Assembly: GCA_002254605.1 (NCBI GenBank)
Contig: NKPV01000002.1
Coordinates: forward strand, 1 to 57,224
Reading direction: 5' to 3'
Length of the DNA: 57,224 nt
Source of the DNA: Armatimonadetes bacterium JP3_11
GTDB lineage: Bacteria; Armatimonadota; Fimbriimonadia; Fimbriimonadales; GBS-DC
Below are positions 16,981 to 30,635 of this stretch, in pieces (within the stretch, counting starts at the first letter, position 1; each line of letters begins with the position of its first letter). Under the pieces are notes generated by a model. The model was not told the origin of the DNA. It made no database searches and was given only the letters and a program-made list of their open reading frames with translations. A program made the position numbers and the translations under genes.

Positions 16981-18900
16981 ATGCTGGGCAAGCTTTGGCG
17001 GTTGTTAATCGGTCCGGTGTTATCCACGCGGCGGGCACGCCATGAACGGCTGCCTGTGCTGTTAGCCTTACCAGTATTCGCTTCGGATGCGCTTTCATCC
17101 TCTGCCTACGCCACGGAGGAGATGATGTTGGTGCTGTGGTCGGCAGGCGAGGACGCGCTGCGTTTAGCCTTCCCCATTTCGCTGGCAGTGGTCGCGTTGC
17201 TGTTTATCGTGGTGTTTTCCTACCGCCAGACCGTGTACGCCTATCCTCATGGGGGCGGTGCGTTTATCGTTTCGCGTGAGAATCTGGGCGAGTTTTGGGG
17301 AATTTTGGCGGCGTCTGCGCTGCTGGTGGGCTATGTGTTGACCGTCGCCGTAAGTATCGCTGCGGGCGTCAACGCGATTATCTCGGCGTTCCCTGCCCTG
17401 CTCCCCTATCGTGTGTCGCTTTGTATCCTATTTATCGCGATGATGACTTACATCAATCTGCGTGGGGCGCGCGAATCGGGTTTGGTGTTCGCACCCCCCA
17501 CCTACGGCTTTGTATTGACCTTTGCGATTTTGATTCTGGTGGGCTTAGCGCGAGGCTTTGCGGGGGACATCGAACCCGCGCCCTATCCGCCCTACGGCGA
17601 GGGGGCACAAGCACTGAGCTTACTGGTTATTCTCACTGCCTTTGCACGCGGCTGCTCTGCACTCACAGGCGTCGAGGCGATTTCGGACGGTGTGCCTGCC
17701 TTTAAGCCGCCCGAGTCGCAAAACGCCGCGCGCACTTTACTGTTGATGGCAATTATTCTGGCAGGGCTGGTGATGGGCATTACCTACACCGCATCGTACT
17801 TTCAGGTGCTCCCTGTCAAGAACGAGCATGGTGAGATTATCGAGACGCTCACCTCACGCCTCGCCCGCACGGTGCTGGAGGGGACGCCCTTCGAGTGGTT
17901 CTATTATGTCGTTCAGGCAGCCACCATGCTGATTTTGATACTGGCAGCGAACACAGCCTATGTCGACTTTCCGCGCCTGTCGTCCGTGCTGGCGAATGCG
18001 CAGTTTGCTCCCCGCCAGCTAGCAAATCTGGGAGACCGATTGGTGTTCAACAATGGCATAATTTTGCTCGGGTTGCTCTCCGCCTTGCTGATTATCTACT
18101 TCCGAGGCGACACGCACGCGCTGATTCCCCTCTATGCGGTGGGCGTCTTCATCGGTTTCACCTTGTCGCAGGCGGGTATGGCGCGTCGTTTTGTGCGTGT
18201 CAAGCCACCACGCTGGCGGATCGGTATGATGATTAGCGGCTTTGGCGCCTTTACAACAGGGCTCGTGCTGATGACGCAGCTTATTGCGAACTTCCGCTAC
18301 GGCGCTTGGATCACGCTGGTCGCTATTGGTGTGCTGATGTTTTTGCTCTTCAAAGTTCACGAACATTACATAACTATCAAGGAACAGCTCAAGCCCAAGC
18401 CGAACGCGCCGCGCTCCATGCGGCATAAAGTGGTGGTGTTGATCCCGAGCGTGCATCAAGGAGTGTTGCAAGCGCTCGACTATGCCCGCACTTTGGCGCA
18501 TCCCGACGAGATCGAGGCGCTGCACATCAATGTAGATCCCCGCCCTCCAGCTGTCTATCGACGCGTCTTGAAACGCACCAAAGATGAGGAGACGGAACTC
18601 CGCCTCGTGACCCCCGCCGCCGAAAAAATGCAAAAAGAGTGGCAGCTGTTCGTGCCTGACATCCCACTACGCATCATCGATTCGGAACACCGCTCGTTGA
18701 TTGAACCGATTGAAGACTACATCGACGAGCTGATTGAGCGGGAGCAGCTGGATCAGGTGACAGTGATTATCCCCGAATTCTATCCGCGCAAGTGGTGGCA
18801 CCACCTGTTGCATAACCAATCGGCGTGGATTCTACGCCTTGCGCTGATGAAGAAACCCAAAGTAGTGGTGTCTACCGTGCGCTATTTCTTGGAGCGATAG
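16981..18900 (+). CDS. KimA-like APC-superfamily K+ transporter with a C-terminal cytoplasmic domain
   Basis: Blocks I recall from B. subtilis KimA: SDALSSSAY.TEE, YRQTVYAYPHGGGAFIVS, GCSALTGVEAIS, IPLYAVGVFIGFTLSQAGM and, near the C-terminus, LLHNQSAW. The ATG immediately follows the upstream stop. Confidence 0.75.
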   Translation: MLGKLWRLLIGPVLSTRRARHERLPVLLALPVFASDALSSSAYATEEMMLVLWSAGEDALRLAFPISLAVVALLFIVVFSYRQTVYAYPHGGGAFIVSRENLGEFWGILAASALLVGYVLTVAVSIAAGVNAIISAFPALLPYRVSLCILFIAMMTYINLRGARESGLVFAPPTYGFVLTFAILILVGLARGFAGDIEPAPYPPYGEGAQALSLLVILTAFARGCSALTGVEAISDGVPAFKPPESQNAARTLLLMAIILAGLVMGITYTASYFQVLPVKNEHGEIIETLTSRLARTVLEGTPFEWFYYVVQAATMLILILAANTAYVDFPRLSSVLANAQFAPRQLANLGDRLVFNNGIILLGLLSALLIIYFRGDTHALIPLYAVGVFIGFTLSQAGMARRFVRVKPPRWRIGMMISGFGAFTTGLVLMTQLIANFRYGAWITLVAIGVLMFLLFKVHEHYITIKEQLKPKPNAPRSMRHKVVVLIPSVHQGVLQALDYARTLAHPDEIEALHINVDPRPPAVYRRVLKRTKDEETELRLVTPAAEKMQKEWQLFVPDIPLRIIDSEHRSLIEPIEDYIDELIEREQLDQVTVIIPEFYPRKWWHHLLHNQSAWILRLALMKKPKVVVSTVRYFLER

Positions 18901-18902
18901 CG

Positions 18903-19322
18903 ATGCGGACGATTCTCATGGCATATCGTGGTACCGAGCATGATAAGCGCATTCTCCGCTGGCTCTGTCGGTTTGTGCGCCAAAGGCGTGATAACCTCAG
19001 GCTGGTGTATGTACTGGTGGTGGGTTATACCCACGAGGTGGATGCCCCCGAACCTCCCGGCGTTCAAGAGGCGGAGCAGATGTTGTTGGAAGCGGAGCAT
19101 ATCGCGCAGGAGGAAGGGGTCGTCGTCGCCGCCGATTTGGTGCAGGCTCGCGAAGTCGGTCCCGGACTGGTTAGTGAAGCGGAGGAAGTGGAAGCGGACC
19201 TGCTGGTGCTGACCGACCATCGGAAACTGTTGCCGATGGAGAACCCGCTGGGCGTGGGCGTCGTGGCGTATGTGATGAAACACGCCCCGTGCCCCGTGTG
19301 GCTATGTTATGAGCCGTTGTAG
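18903..19322 (+). CDS. Universal stress protein (UspA) family
   Basis: 139-aa alpha/beta protein with ...ADLLVLTDHR...VVAYVMKHAPCPVWL, typical of the USP C-terminus. Confidence 0.7.
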   Translation: MRTILMAYRGTEHDKRILRWLCRFVRQRRDNLRLVYVLVVGYTHEVDAPEPPGVQEAEQMLLEAEHIAQEEGVVVAADLVQAREVGPGLVSEAEEVEADLLVLTDHRKLLPMENPLGVGVVAYVMKHAPCPVWLCYEPL

Positions 19323-20008
19323 CGCAGGTGGTCGGCTACCGAGTGATAGAGGGCTTGCACGAGGGTCTCCAACTCCAACGGTGGCGGTTCGGGATGGGCA
19401 TGCCCAAACAGCGCCACCACAGAGACCTCAGGCAGCCTTAGTGGGATAGACGCCTGCATCAGCACTGTGGCGCCGCGCACGAGAAGCGCGCACCCCATCA
19501 GCTTGATGCCCGTCTCTGCGTGAACAATATCGGCGATGGCTGGCGTGGCGAAGCAGTCGCCCCCATCGTTAAGGCTACGAGGGTCGGGCGCAGTGGCGTC
19601 GCCCTGCACCGCAGGCACACCCACACGCCGAAATGCCTCAATCAGGGCAGGAGCCAAGTGCAGATAGACCTGACGCGGATAGAGCCGAACATCCGCAGGC
19701 TGCCATACCAACGCCAGCGTTAAATCGTGTCCATGCAGCACCGCCTTGCCTCCAGTAGGGCGACGGAACATCGGGATACCGAGCCGTTCGCAGCCCGCTA
19801 CAAGACGCGATGGCAACTGCTGGTTCACCCCATAGGTCAGCGCAGGCGACGCCCACTGATAAACCCGCAATGTCGCGGGAATCTCACCCCGCTCAAACGC
19901 CTCAAGCAGGGTGAGATCGCGCGCCATGTTCACTTCAGGGGGACAAACACCGTCGTTTAGCAGGCGCACGCGGGCACTTCCTGCGGATAGATGACCATAC
20001 CCTGCCAT
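19307..20008 (-). CDS. Lipoate-protein ligase/octanoyltransferase family (BPL/LPL catalytic domain)
   Basis: RLL.DG....NMARDLTLLE at the N-terminus and RRPTGGKAVLHGHDLTLALV (the RRxTGG.AV.H motif). An alternative GTG start at 19969 would reduce the overlap with gcvPB. Confidence 0.75.
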   Translation of the reverse strand: MAGYGHLSAGSARVRLLNDGVCPPEVNMARDLTLLEAFERGEIPATLRVYQWASPALTYGVNQQLPSRLVAGCERLGIPMFRRPTGGKAVLHGHDLTLALVWQPADVRLYPRQVYLHLAPALIEAFRRVGVPAVQGDATAPDPRSLNDGGDCFATPAIADIVHAETGIKLMGCALLVRGATVLMQASIPLRLPEVSVVALFGHAHPEPPPLELETLVQALYHSVADHLRYNGS

Positions 20009-21465
20009 CGTAAGATGAGATTCTTGGCTGCGCCTGCCTCGTCCAGCCGACGCACAGGCGTGCTATGCGGCGCATTGTGGAGCAACTCCGGCTGCTCCAT
20101 CGCCTCGCGAGCAATCTCCAGCAGCGCGTTGGCAAACATGTCAATCGTCTGCTTGCTCTCAGTCTCGGTCGGCTCGATCATCAAACACTCGGGCACAATC
20201 AGGGGGAAATACATCGTGGGCGGGTGGAAGCCGTAGTCCAGCAGGCGTTTCGCGATGTCAAACGCTCGCACATTGTACTGCTGCTTATAGTGCTTCGCCG
20301 TGACGACACACTCGTGCATACACAGACGATCGACGGCAGGTGGGAAGGCGTGGCGAATGCGCGCCAGCATATAGTTGGCGTTCAGCACCGCGAACTCACC
20401 AATCGTGCGCAGGTTCTCGCCCCCATAGGCGCGCAAGTACGCATGCGCCCGCACCAGATTGAGAAAGTTGCCGTAGAACGCATGGACGCGCCCAATGGAT
20501 TGCGGGTGATCGTAGGAGAGCGCGTAGCGCCCCTCGCTGGTCTGTACGATTCGGGGGACGGGTAGGAACGGAACCAGTCGCTCCGATACGCCCACTGCCC
20601 CCGCGCCCGGGCCGCCTCCCCCGTGCGGCGTGGAGAAGGTCTTGTGCAGGTTCAGGTGCATGCAGTCGAATCCAATATCCGCAGGGCGCACGACGCCCAC
20701 CAGCGCGTTCATATTCGCGCCGTCGCAGAACACCAAAGCGCCCGCCTCGTGGAGCAGTTCGCAAGCTTTGCGAGCGTTGCGGTCGAACAGTCCCAAGGTG
20801 CTGGGGTTCGTGAGCATCATCGCCGCCACTTCGTCGCTCAGCGCCGCCTTCAAGGCGTCCAAGTCGGTGTCGCCCTCGGCATTCGTGGGGATGGACCTAA
20901 CGGTGTAGCCACAAAGCGCCGCAGAGGCGGGATTGGTGCCGTGCGCCGAGTCGGGCACGAGGACGATTTTACGCTTCTGTCCCTCGCCGCGCGATTCGTG
21001 GTAGGCTTTGATAAGCATCAGGCTCAACAACTCGCCGTGCGCGCCAGCCACATTTTGCAGGGTGACCTCCGCAAAGCCTGTAATCGCCTTGAGGTCCTGC
21101 TGCAGTTCGTACATCAGTTGCAACGCCCCTTGCGAGAGCGATTCGGGCTGGAGCGGGTGCGCGTGGGTGAAGCCCGAAAGCGCAGCGACCTTCTCGTTGA
21201 TGCGTGGGTTGTACTTCATCGTGCAGGAACCAAGCGGGTAGAAGCCGATGTCGATACCGTAGTTGCGCTGAGAGAGACGCGTATAGTGGCGCAGGGCGTC
21301 CAGTTCACTCACTTCGGGCAGCGCCGGCGGCTCCAAGCGCACATTCTGCTCACCGAGCAGCTCCGCAAGCGGCTGGGTGGGCACATCGCACGCAGGAGGA
21401 AGCACGCCTTTTCGCCCCGGCACACTACGCTCAAAAATTAACGGAAAATCAACCTGACGACCCAT
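19957..21465 (-). CDS. gcvPB: Glycine dehydrogenase (decarboxylating) subunit 2
   Basis: GFYPLGSCTMKYNP and a PLP-lysine region (NLHKTFSTPHGGGGPG). Confidence 0.95.
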   Translation of the reverse strand: MGRQVDFPLIFERSVPGRKGVLPPACDVPTQPLAELLGEQNVRLEPPALPEVSELDALRHYTRLSQRNYGIDIGFYPLGSCTMKYNPRINEKVAALSGFTHAHPLQPESLSQGALQLMYELQQDLKAITGFAEVTLQNVAGAHGELLSLMLIKAYHESRGEGQKRKIVLVPDSAHGTNPASAALCGYTVRSIPTNAEGDTDLDALKAALSDEVAAMMLTNPSTLGLFDRNARKACELLHEAGALVFCDGANMNALVGVVRPADIGFDCMHLNLHKTFSTPHGGGGPGAGAVGVSERLVPFLPVPRIVQTSEGRYALSYDHPQSIGRVHAFYGNFLNLVRAHAYLRAYGGENLRTIGEFAVLNANYMLARIRHAFPPAVDRLCMHECVVTAKHYKQQYNVRAFDIAKRLLDYGFHPPTMYFPLIVPECLMIEPTETESKQTIDMFANALLEIAREAMEQPELLHNAPHSTPVRRLDEAGAAKNLILRWQGMVIYPQEVPACAC

Positions 21466-21474
21466 AGCAGCAGG

Positions 21475-21480
21475 ATTGTA
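21475..21480 (-). promoter_or_regulatory. -10 element (aggTACAAT) 9 nt upstream of the gcvPB ATG
   Basis: The minus strand reads cAGGTACAATcctgctgctATG, with no SD. Confidence 0.4.
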
Positions 21481-21571
21481 CCTGATAGCGCGGGAGAGCG
21501 TCTCTTAATGCTTTGCAATCGCTATGAACGCGTCTTTGGGTTGGGCGTATCCTGCGAGTCCGACTCTGGTG

Positions 21572-21577
21572 TATAAT
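21572..21577 (+). promoter_or_regulatory. -10 element (gtgTATAAT) 9 nt upstream of ATG 21587
   Basis: ctggtgTATAATaggttcgctATG, with no SD. Confidence 0.4.
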
Positions 21578-21586
21578 AGGTTCGCT

Positions 21587-24154
21587 ATGCGTTGTGCGTG
21601 GTTCATCGGAATGCTGATAGGCCTCTCGCTCGGTATCGCGCAAGAGGTCACAACCGAGTCACAACCCTACGAGCCGACGGTCGTCGTCGAGCCGCCTTAT
21701 TACTCGCTCAAGCAGCTCAAACAGTGGATCGATCAAGAGAAAAAGCGTGCGCAAGAGCGTCTCGCGGCGTTAGAGCAGAATAGCGCCTCGTTAGACCCCG
21801 CGCACCGCCATAAACTGAAAGATGGTCCCGAATATCTGGAGGCATTATGGGACTACTTGTATGTGCGTGCTTATCCGAACGACTCGGTGGATTGGGTGGC
21901 GTATCTGCGTGCGGCGGAGCAGCGCGACCTGATGGCGGGCGCCTTCTTCCCAGCGTCTGGAGCGCGCTGGGAGTTCGTGGGACCGCGCAACACAAGTCCA
22001 CCCCATCGTGCCAACTTCGGCGCTTCAGCCGTGTCGGGGCGCGTGAACGCCGTGGCGTATGACCCTGTGAACTCGAATGTTTACTACATCGGCGCACCGC
22101 AGGGGGGCGTGTGGAAAACTACAGACGGCGGCGCCACTTGGACTCCTTTGACCGACCACTGGCAGTTTCTGCAGGTCGCCTGTATCGCGATTCATCCGAC
22201 AAACCCCAACATTATCTATGTCGGCACAGGCGATTTTCAAGGCTGGATGCGTCCATTCTCGCAAGGCGTGATGCGCTCCACCGACGGCGGACAAACTTGG
22301 CAGAGCCTCGGCGCCGCTCAGTTCAATAATCTCTGTGTATCGGACATCCTGATTGACCCCGAAAACCCCAACATAATCACCGTCTGCACAGGCTGGGGAC
22401 CTTATCAGAGCATCGCGGGATCTCTTTGGCGCAGCACAGACGGGGGAGACACATGGACACGCGTCAGCTCTGTCAGCGCCATCTGGAGCGACCTGGCGAT
22501 GAGCGCACGCAACCCTACAACGGGCGTGCGCTACTATTACGCGGTGGGACACGGCACTCCGGGGCGGCTTTTGCGCTCCAGCGATCGCGGGCAAACATGG
22601 ACTGCGCTCAACGCGCCGTTCAGTGTAGGCAACCAGTCCTCCCTGCGTGTGGCGACCTCGCCGAACAACCCCAACCGCGTCTATCTCATGTCGGGAGTGG
22701 ACTCGCAGGTGTGGGTGAGCAACGATGCGGGCGTCACTTGGACCGCGATGAACCCCAGAGTGGACGGTGGTTTCTATCAAGCTTGGTACGACGCCACGAT
22801 GCACATCTCTCACGACGGCGCGGGCAACGATGTGCTCTATCTGGGACTGGTCGACTTAGTTCAGTGGACTCCCAACTACGGCTGGCGTTCAATCGGTCGT
22901 GCGTTCACGAATCAGGCGATTATCCATGTGGATATCCACAGTATGGCGATAAACCCCCGCAATCCTAATGAGCTGCTCATCGGTTGCGACGGAGGTGTCT
23001 ACCGCCTGACCTACACGCCCAATACAGGCGCAGTGAACAGTACAGGGCTGAACGCGACGCTGGGCATTACTCAAATCTATTGGGCTGCATTCCACCCAAC
23101 GGACGCGAACCGCTTGATGGGCGGAGCGCAAGATAACGCCACCCCGCGCGCAAACGGTAATCTGAATAGCTGGCAGTGCCTCGTAGGCGGCGACGGAGCC
23201 TACTGCGCTTATAACCCGAATAACCCGAATATTCAATACGCCAGTTCGCAGTATCTCAGCATCCGACGCACCACAAACAACTGGAGTACCTTCCAAGACA
23301 TCACTCCAAACTATGGTTCCGATCGCGTAGCGTTCATTGCGCCCTTGACCACCCATCCCGCGCAGCCCAACTGGATGCTGGCAGGAACGAACTACCTCTA
23401 TATCTGGAACGAATCGACGGGCGCATGGACAAACCGCGTGGGCGGGCAGTCCCTGACGAACGGACGCCTGCGTGCCATCGCCGGCGCCCCCAGCAACGCG
23501 AATGTCATCTACACAGGCGGCGACGACGGACAAATCTGGATGACCACGAACGGCGGCTCCACCTGGCGACAAATCAACGCTGGGTTGCCCAACCGCGCTG
23601 TGATGGACATCGCCGTTCACCCAACGAATCCATACAAAGTCTATGTCGCGTTGGGTGGTACGGGCACGCCCCATGTGTACCGCTGCGATAATACGCTTGC
23701 GAACCCTGTGCAGTGGGTCAACCTCAGCGGCTCGGGAATCACGGGACTGCCAGATGTCCACACGAACACAATCTGCGTGGATCCCACTTCCCCCGACACC
23801 GTCCTGTATGTGGGCAACGATGTGGGCTTTTTCTATAGTTTAGACGGCGGGGCGACCTGGCGCAACGGCACGCAGCCGCTGGGGCTGCCGAATGTGCAGG
23901 TCAACACGGTGCGCGTCGTGCCTGCCACGGGCTACCTAATGGCGGCGACCTATGGGCGCGGCATCTGGCGCATTCGCCTGCCTCTCACCCCCACCGGCGA
24001 TGCGAACGGCGACGGCTGCGTGGACGATAGCGACCTACTCATCGTTCTCTTCAACTTCGGCGCAAACAACGCGCAAGCCGACCTGAACCGCGACGGCGTC
24101 GTGGACGATAGCGACCTACTGCTGGTGCTGTTCCACTTCGGTAGCGGGTGCTAA
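21587..24154 (+). CDS. Secreted BNR/Asp-box repeat double beta-propeller protein (GH74/sortilin-like) with a C-terminal dockerin-type domain
   Basis: Signal peptide MRCAWFIGMLIGLSLGIAQE. At least 7 Asp-box motifs are present (WKTTDGGATW, RSTDGGQTW, RSTDGGDTW, RSSDRGQTW, VSNDAGVTW, MTTNGGSTW, YSLDGGATW). There are two C-terminal DxNxDGxVDxxDLL repeats. Confidence 0.8.
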   Translation: MRCAWFIGMLIGLSLGIAQEVTTESQPYEPTVVVEPPYYSLKQLKQWIDQEKKRAQERLAALEQNSASLDPAHRHKLKDGPEYLEALWDYLYVRAYPNDSVDWVAYLRAAEQRDLMAGAFFPASGARWEFVGPRNTSPPHRANFGASAVSGRVNAVAYDPVNSNVYYIGAPQGGVWKTTDGGATWTPLTDHWQFLQVACIAIHPTNPNIIYVGTGDFQGWMRPFSQGVMRSTDGGQTWQSLGAAQFNNLCVSDILIDPENPNIITVCTGWGPYQSIAGSLWRSTDGGDTWTRVSSVSAIWSDLAMSARNPTTGVRYYYAVGHGTPGRLLRSSDRGQTWTALNAPFSVGNQSSLRVATSPNNPNRVYLMSGVDSQVWVSNDAGVTWTAMNPRVDGGFYQAWYDATMHISHDGAGNDVLYLGLVDLVQWTPNYGWRSIGRAFTNQAIIHVDIHSMAINPRNPNELLIGCDGGVYRLTYTPNTGAVNSTGLNATLGITQIYWAAFHPTDANRLMGGAQDNATPRANGNLNSWQCLVGGDGAYCAYNPNNPNIQYASSQYLSIRRTTNNWSTFQDITPNYGSDRVAFIAPLTTHPAQPNWMLAGTNYLYIWNESTGAWTNRVGGQSLTNGRLRAIAGAPSNANVIYTGGDDGQIWMTTNGGSTWRQINAGLPNRAVMDIAVHPTNPYKVYVALGGTGTPHVYRCDNTLANPVQWVNLSGSGITGLPDVHTNTICVDPTSPDTVLYVGNDVGFFYSLDGGATWRNGTQPLGLPNVQVNTVRVVPATGYLMAATYGRGIWRIRLPLTPTGDANGDGCVDDSDLLIVLFNFGANNAQADLNRDGVVDDSDLLLVLFHFGSGC
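23999..24142 (+). repeat. Tandem dockerin (EF-hand-like) repeat inside the BNR gene
   Basis: DANGDGCVDDSDLLIVLFNFG (23999-24061) and DLNRDGVVDDSDLLLVLFHFG (24080-24142). They share an identical 20-nt core, gtggacgatagcgacctact, at 24021-24040 and 24101-24120. Confidence 0.85.
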
Positions 24155-24181
24155 GCCGCCAAATGCCAAGACTAAAGACGC

Positions 24182-26170
24182 TCAGTTATTCCATCCCAAA
24201 TGCCCGTTGATGGAGATGGTGTATACCGCCTGACCCGTAATCAGGTGGTAGATGGCTAACGGCATATCGATGGCGAACTCGCCTAATATCACCCCAATCG
24301 CCACTGCGCGGAGCTTCTCGTAGCCCGGCAAGCCGAAATAGCGGTTCACAAAGAGCTTAATCAGGAGCACGATTCCCAGACCGAACCACACATAGTCGAT
24401 GCCGAAGTTCATCGAAAGCGCATAGCCTGCGGGATGGATGGGAAACCCCGGAATTCGGTAGCGGATGAAGTCCAGCAGCAGCACGAAGCTGAACGCCCCC
24501 GTGAAGAAGGCGATCGCCGTGACATTGGGAGGGTAGCGGTTGTCGGCAAGCTGCGTGATGACGCCTGCCATGCTTCCCCCCACATCGCCCGCGCCGTCAC
24601 GATAGTAGCGGTTGATGCTAAATACCTCCCCCAAAAAGATACCCAGCAGCACCGCCGCCACCATCACAAAAAAGAGCGATTTCTGGTTCAGCCGCGCAAT
24701 CTCGCCCATCTTCATCGACTCCAGTTGGTAAGGCATCGGGTGCGTGCGGTGCAGGCGGTTCATAAAGTGGAAGGTGGTCATCAACTTCGCGATGGTAGAC
24801 TCGGTGAGGTTCTGTGTGCCTGTGAAGGCAATCATCAACTGGTGCGGTCCCATAAACGCCATCTCGTGGATTGGCGCACCGAGCTGAGCCCTGAGCCGTG
24901 CTACCACCACGCTAAATGCCATAAAAAGCGAGACATAAATCGTGACCAGCCACCACGGCAGCCCGACTGCGACGCCCAGCCCAATTAGCACGGCGAGGCT
25001 CGCAATCAATCCGATAAACGCCCACCGCGCCGAGAGCGCATAACCCGCCTCCGGATTCTCGCCCGTCTTTATCTCGTTCCAGATCTGCCTAAGGTAGCCA
25101 CGCGAGGCGTAAATCACGCTCACAAAGAGCCCCAAAAACGCCCCCCACGACTGCTCGCTGAAGTACGGCGGCTGGGGCACCAAATAGCCCCCTCCGAAAA
25201 CGCCCTGCTCGTAGCCCATCGCGGCGGTAATTACCTGCATCCCTTTACGCACAAAGTAAAACAGCACGCTGGAAAACAATAGGTCGTTCGGCACGAACAC
25301 GCCAATCGCCGCCATATATGGGAACAGCCCAACGGGGATCCAACCTACCTGATTCCAAGGTGGTGTGGTGAAATAGTCGTTCAACGCCGCGAGGAAGCGA
25401 ACATTAATGCGCGGAATCCACGGGAAGAACACATGCAGACCGTTCACCACGCCAATTGCGAAAGTCACGATAAATGCGCCCCACAAATAGCGACTGCGCC
25501 AAAGCGGCGACTGCGGCTGACAAAGCAGCATCGGAACCTGAATGATGGGGAATGCGAGCCGCTCCTGCTGCGTCCACAGGCGGCGCATCAGCGTGTTGAT
25601 ACAGAGCATCGCCAGCGTCGCAGAGCCAAAGAGACCCATCCACCCCAGAAAGATGGGCAACCATACGCCCAACTTCGTGAGCGCATAGGGGAACTTGTAC
25701 CCGCCGATGCCATATTCGCGGATTGGCTCGGCTTGGGTGTGAAAAAGCCAAGGGGTCAAGTGCGGCAGAATACGGTTCCGATAGGTGGCATTATTCTCCG
25801 CGTACAACCCGAACGAGTGCCATAACGGGGCGCAAACATTCATCCACTCCGCCGCCATCGCCGTGCCGACGAACAGAATCGTAAAAATCACCACCAGATC
25901 GGGCGTCTCCAGCAGCCAGCGGCGAAAAACGAGCCGCCCAATCGCGTTGAGGAGCGCAACGACCATCAGCGTCGCCACGGGCGGTATCATCAGCGAGAAA
26001 ATCACGCTCAACACGATTTCCACCGCCCAATAAGTCGTGAACGGCAGCAACGCAAAGCCAATTAGCACCCCCCGCAGGCGTAGCCCACGCGCTCGCTCAA
26101 TCGTGGGTGATGTGAGTAGCCCCTCAGGCTGCGTCTGTGGAGGCTCATGCACTATAGGCTTGACCGACAT
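24182..26170 (-). CDS. Large polytopic membrane protein of unknown function (~662 aa, more than 12 TM)
   Basis: The start was chosen at MSVKPIVHEPP (ATG 26170). The longer ORF to 26371 would overlap polB and its promoter. It is hydrophobic throughout, and I recognise no catalytic motif. Confidence 0.65.
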   Translation of the reverse strand: MSVKPIVHEPPQTQPEGLLTSPTIERARGLRLRGVLIGFALLPFTTYWAVEIVLSVIFSLMIPPVATLMVVALLNAIGRLVFRRWLLETPDLVVIFTILFVGTAMAAEWMNVCAPLWHSFGLYAENNATYRNRILPHLTPWLFHTQAEPIREYGIGGYKFPYALTKLGVWLPIFLGWMGLFGSATLAMLCINTLMRRLWTQQERLAFPIIQVPMLLCQPQSPLWRSRYLWGAFIVTFAIGVVNGLHVFFPWIPRINVRFLAALNDYFTTPPWNQVGWIPVGLFPYMAAIGVFVPNDLLFSSVLFYFVRKGMQVITAAMGYEQGVFGGGYLVPQPPYFSEQSWGAFLGLFVSVIYASRGYLRQIWNEIKTGENPEAGYALSARWAFIGLIASLAVLIGLGVAVGLPWWLVTIYVSLFMAFSVVVARLRAQLGAPIHEMAFMGPHQLMIAFTGTQNLTESTIAKLMTTFHFMNRLHRTHPMPYQLESMKMGEIARLNQKSLFFVMVAAVLLGIFLGEVFSINRYYRDGAGDVGGSMAGVITQLADNRYPPNVTAIAFFTGAFSFVLLLDFIRYRIPGFPIHPAGYALSMNFGIDYVWFGLGIVLLIKLFVNRYFGLPGYEKLRAVAIGVILGEFAIDMPLAIYHLITGQAVYTISINGHLGWNN

Positions 26171-26212
26171 ACGGTATACGATTTCTGCACGCCCGCCGCG
26201 TTTCCTGCAAGG

Positions 26213-26218
26213 TATAAT
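26213..26218 (+). promoter_or_regulatory. -10 element (aggTATAAT) 6 nt upstream of the polB ATG (leaderless configuration)
   Basis: gcaAGGTATAATtcggctATGccc, with no SD. Confidence 0.45.
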
Positions 26219-26224
26219 TCGGCT

Positions 26225-30557
<4,333 letters not shown>

Positions 30558-30600
30558 ATCACGCGTTGCCACAAAGGAACTTTACTCCCGCACGATGGTG

Positions 30601-30606
30601 TATAAT
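30601..30606 (+). promoter_or_regulatory. -10 element (gtgTATAAT) upstream of the Pup-ligase-family gene
   Basis: gatggtgTATAATaagc. It is followed by GGGGGAG and ATG 30636. Confidence 0.4.
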
Positions 30607-30635
30607 AAGCATATGAGCCGTAGGGGGAGTCAACG

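Noticed and set aside
20623-21441. Long ORFs antisense to well-recognised genes. Examples: 20623-21441(+) in gcvPB, 22025-22813(-) and 22889-23761(-) in the BNR gene, 28641-29744(-) in gyrB, 42862-44112(+) across moxR/tkt, 46917-47669(+) in gyrA, 10775-11347(-) in rho, and 55690-56959(-) in hom.
   Set aside because: These are typical stop-poor shadow frames of ~60% G+C DNA. Each is fully overlapped by a gene with unmistakable conserved motifs on the other strand. Their translations are Arg/Ala/Gly/Pro-rich with no recognisable motifs.
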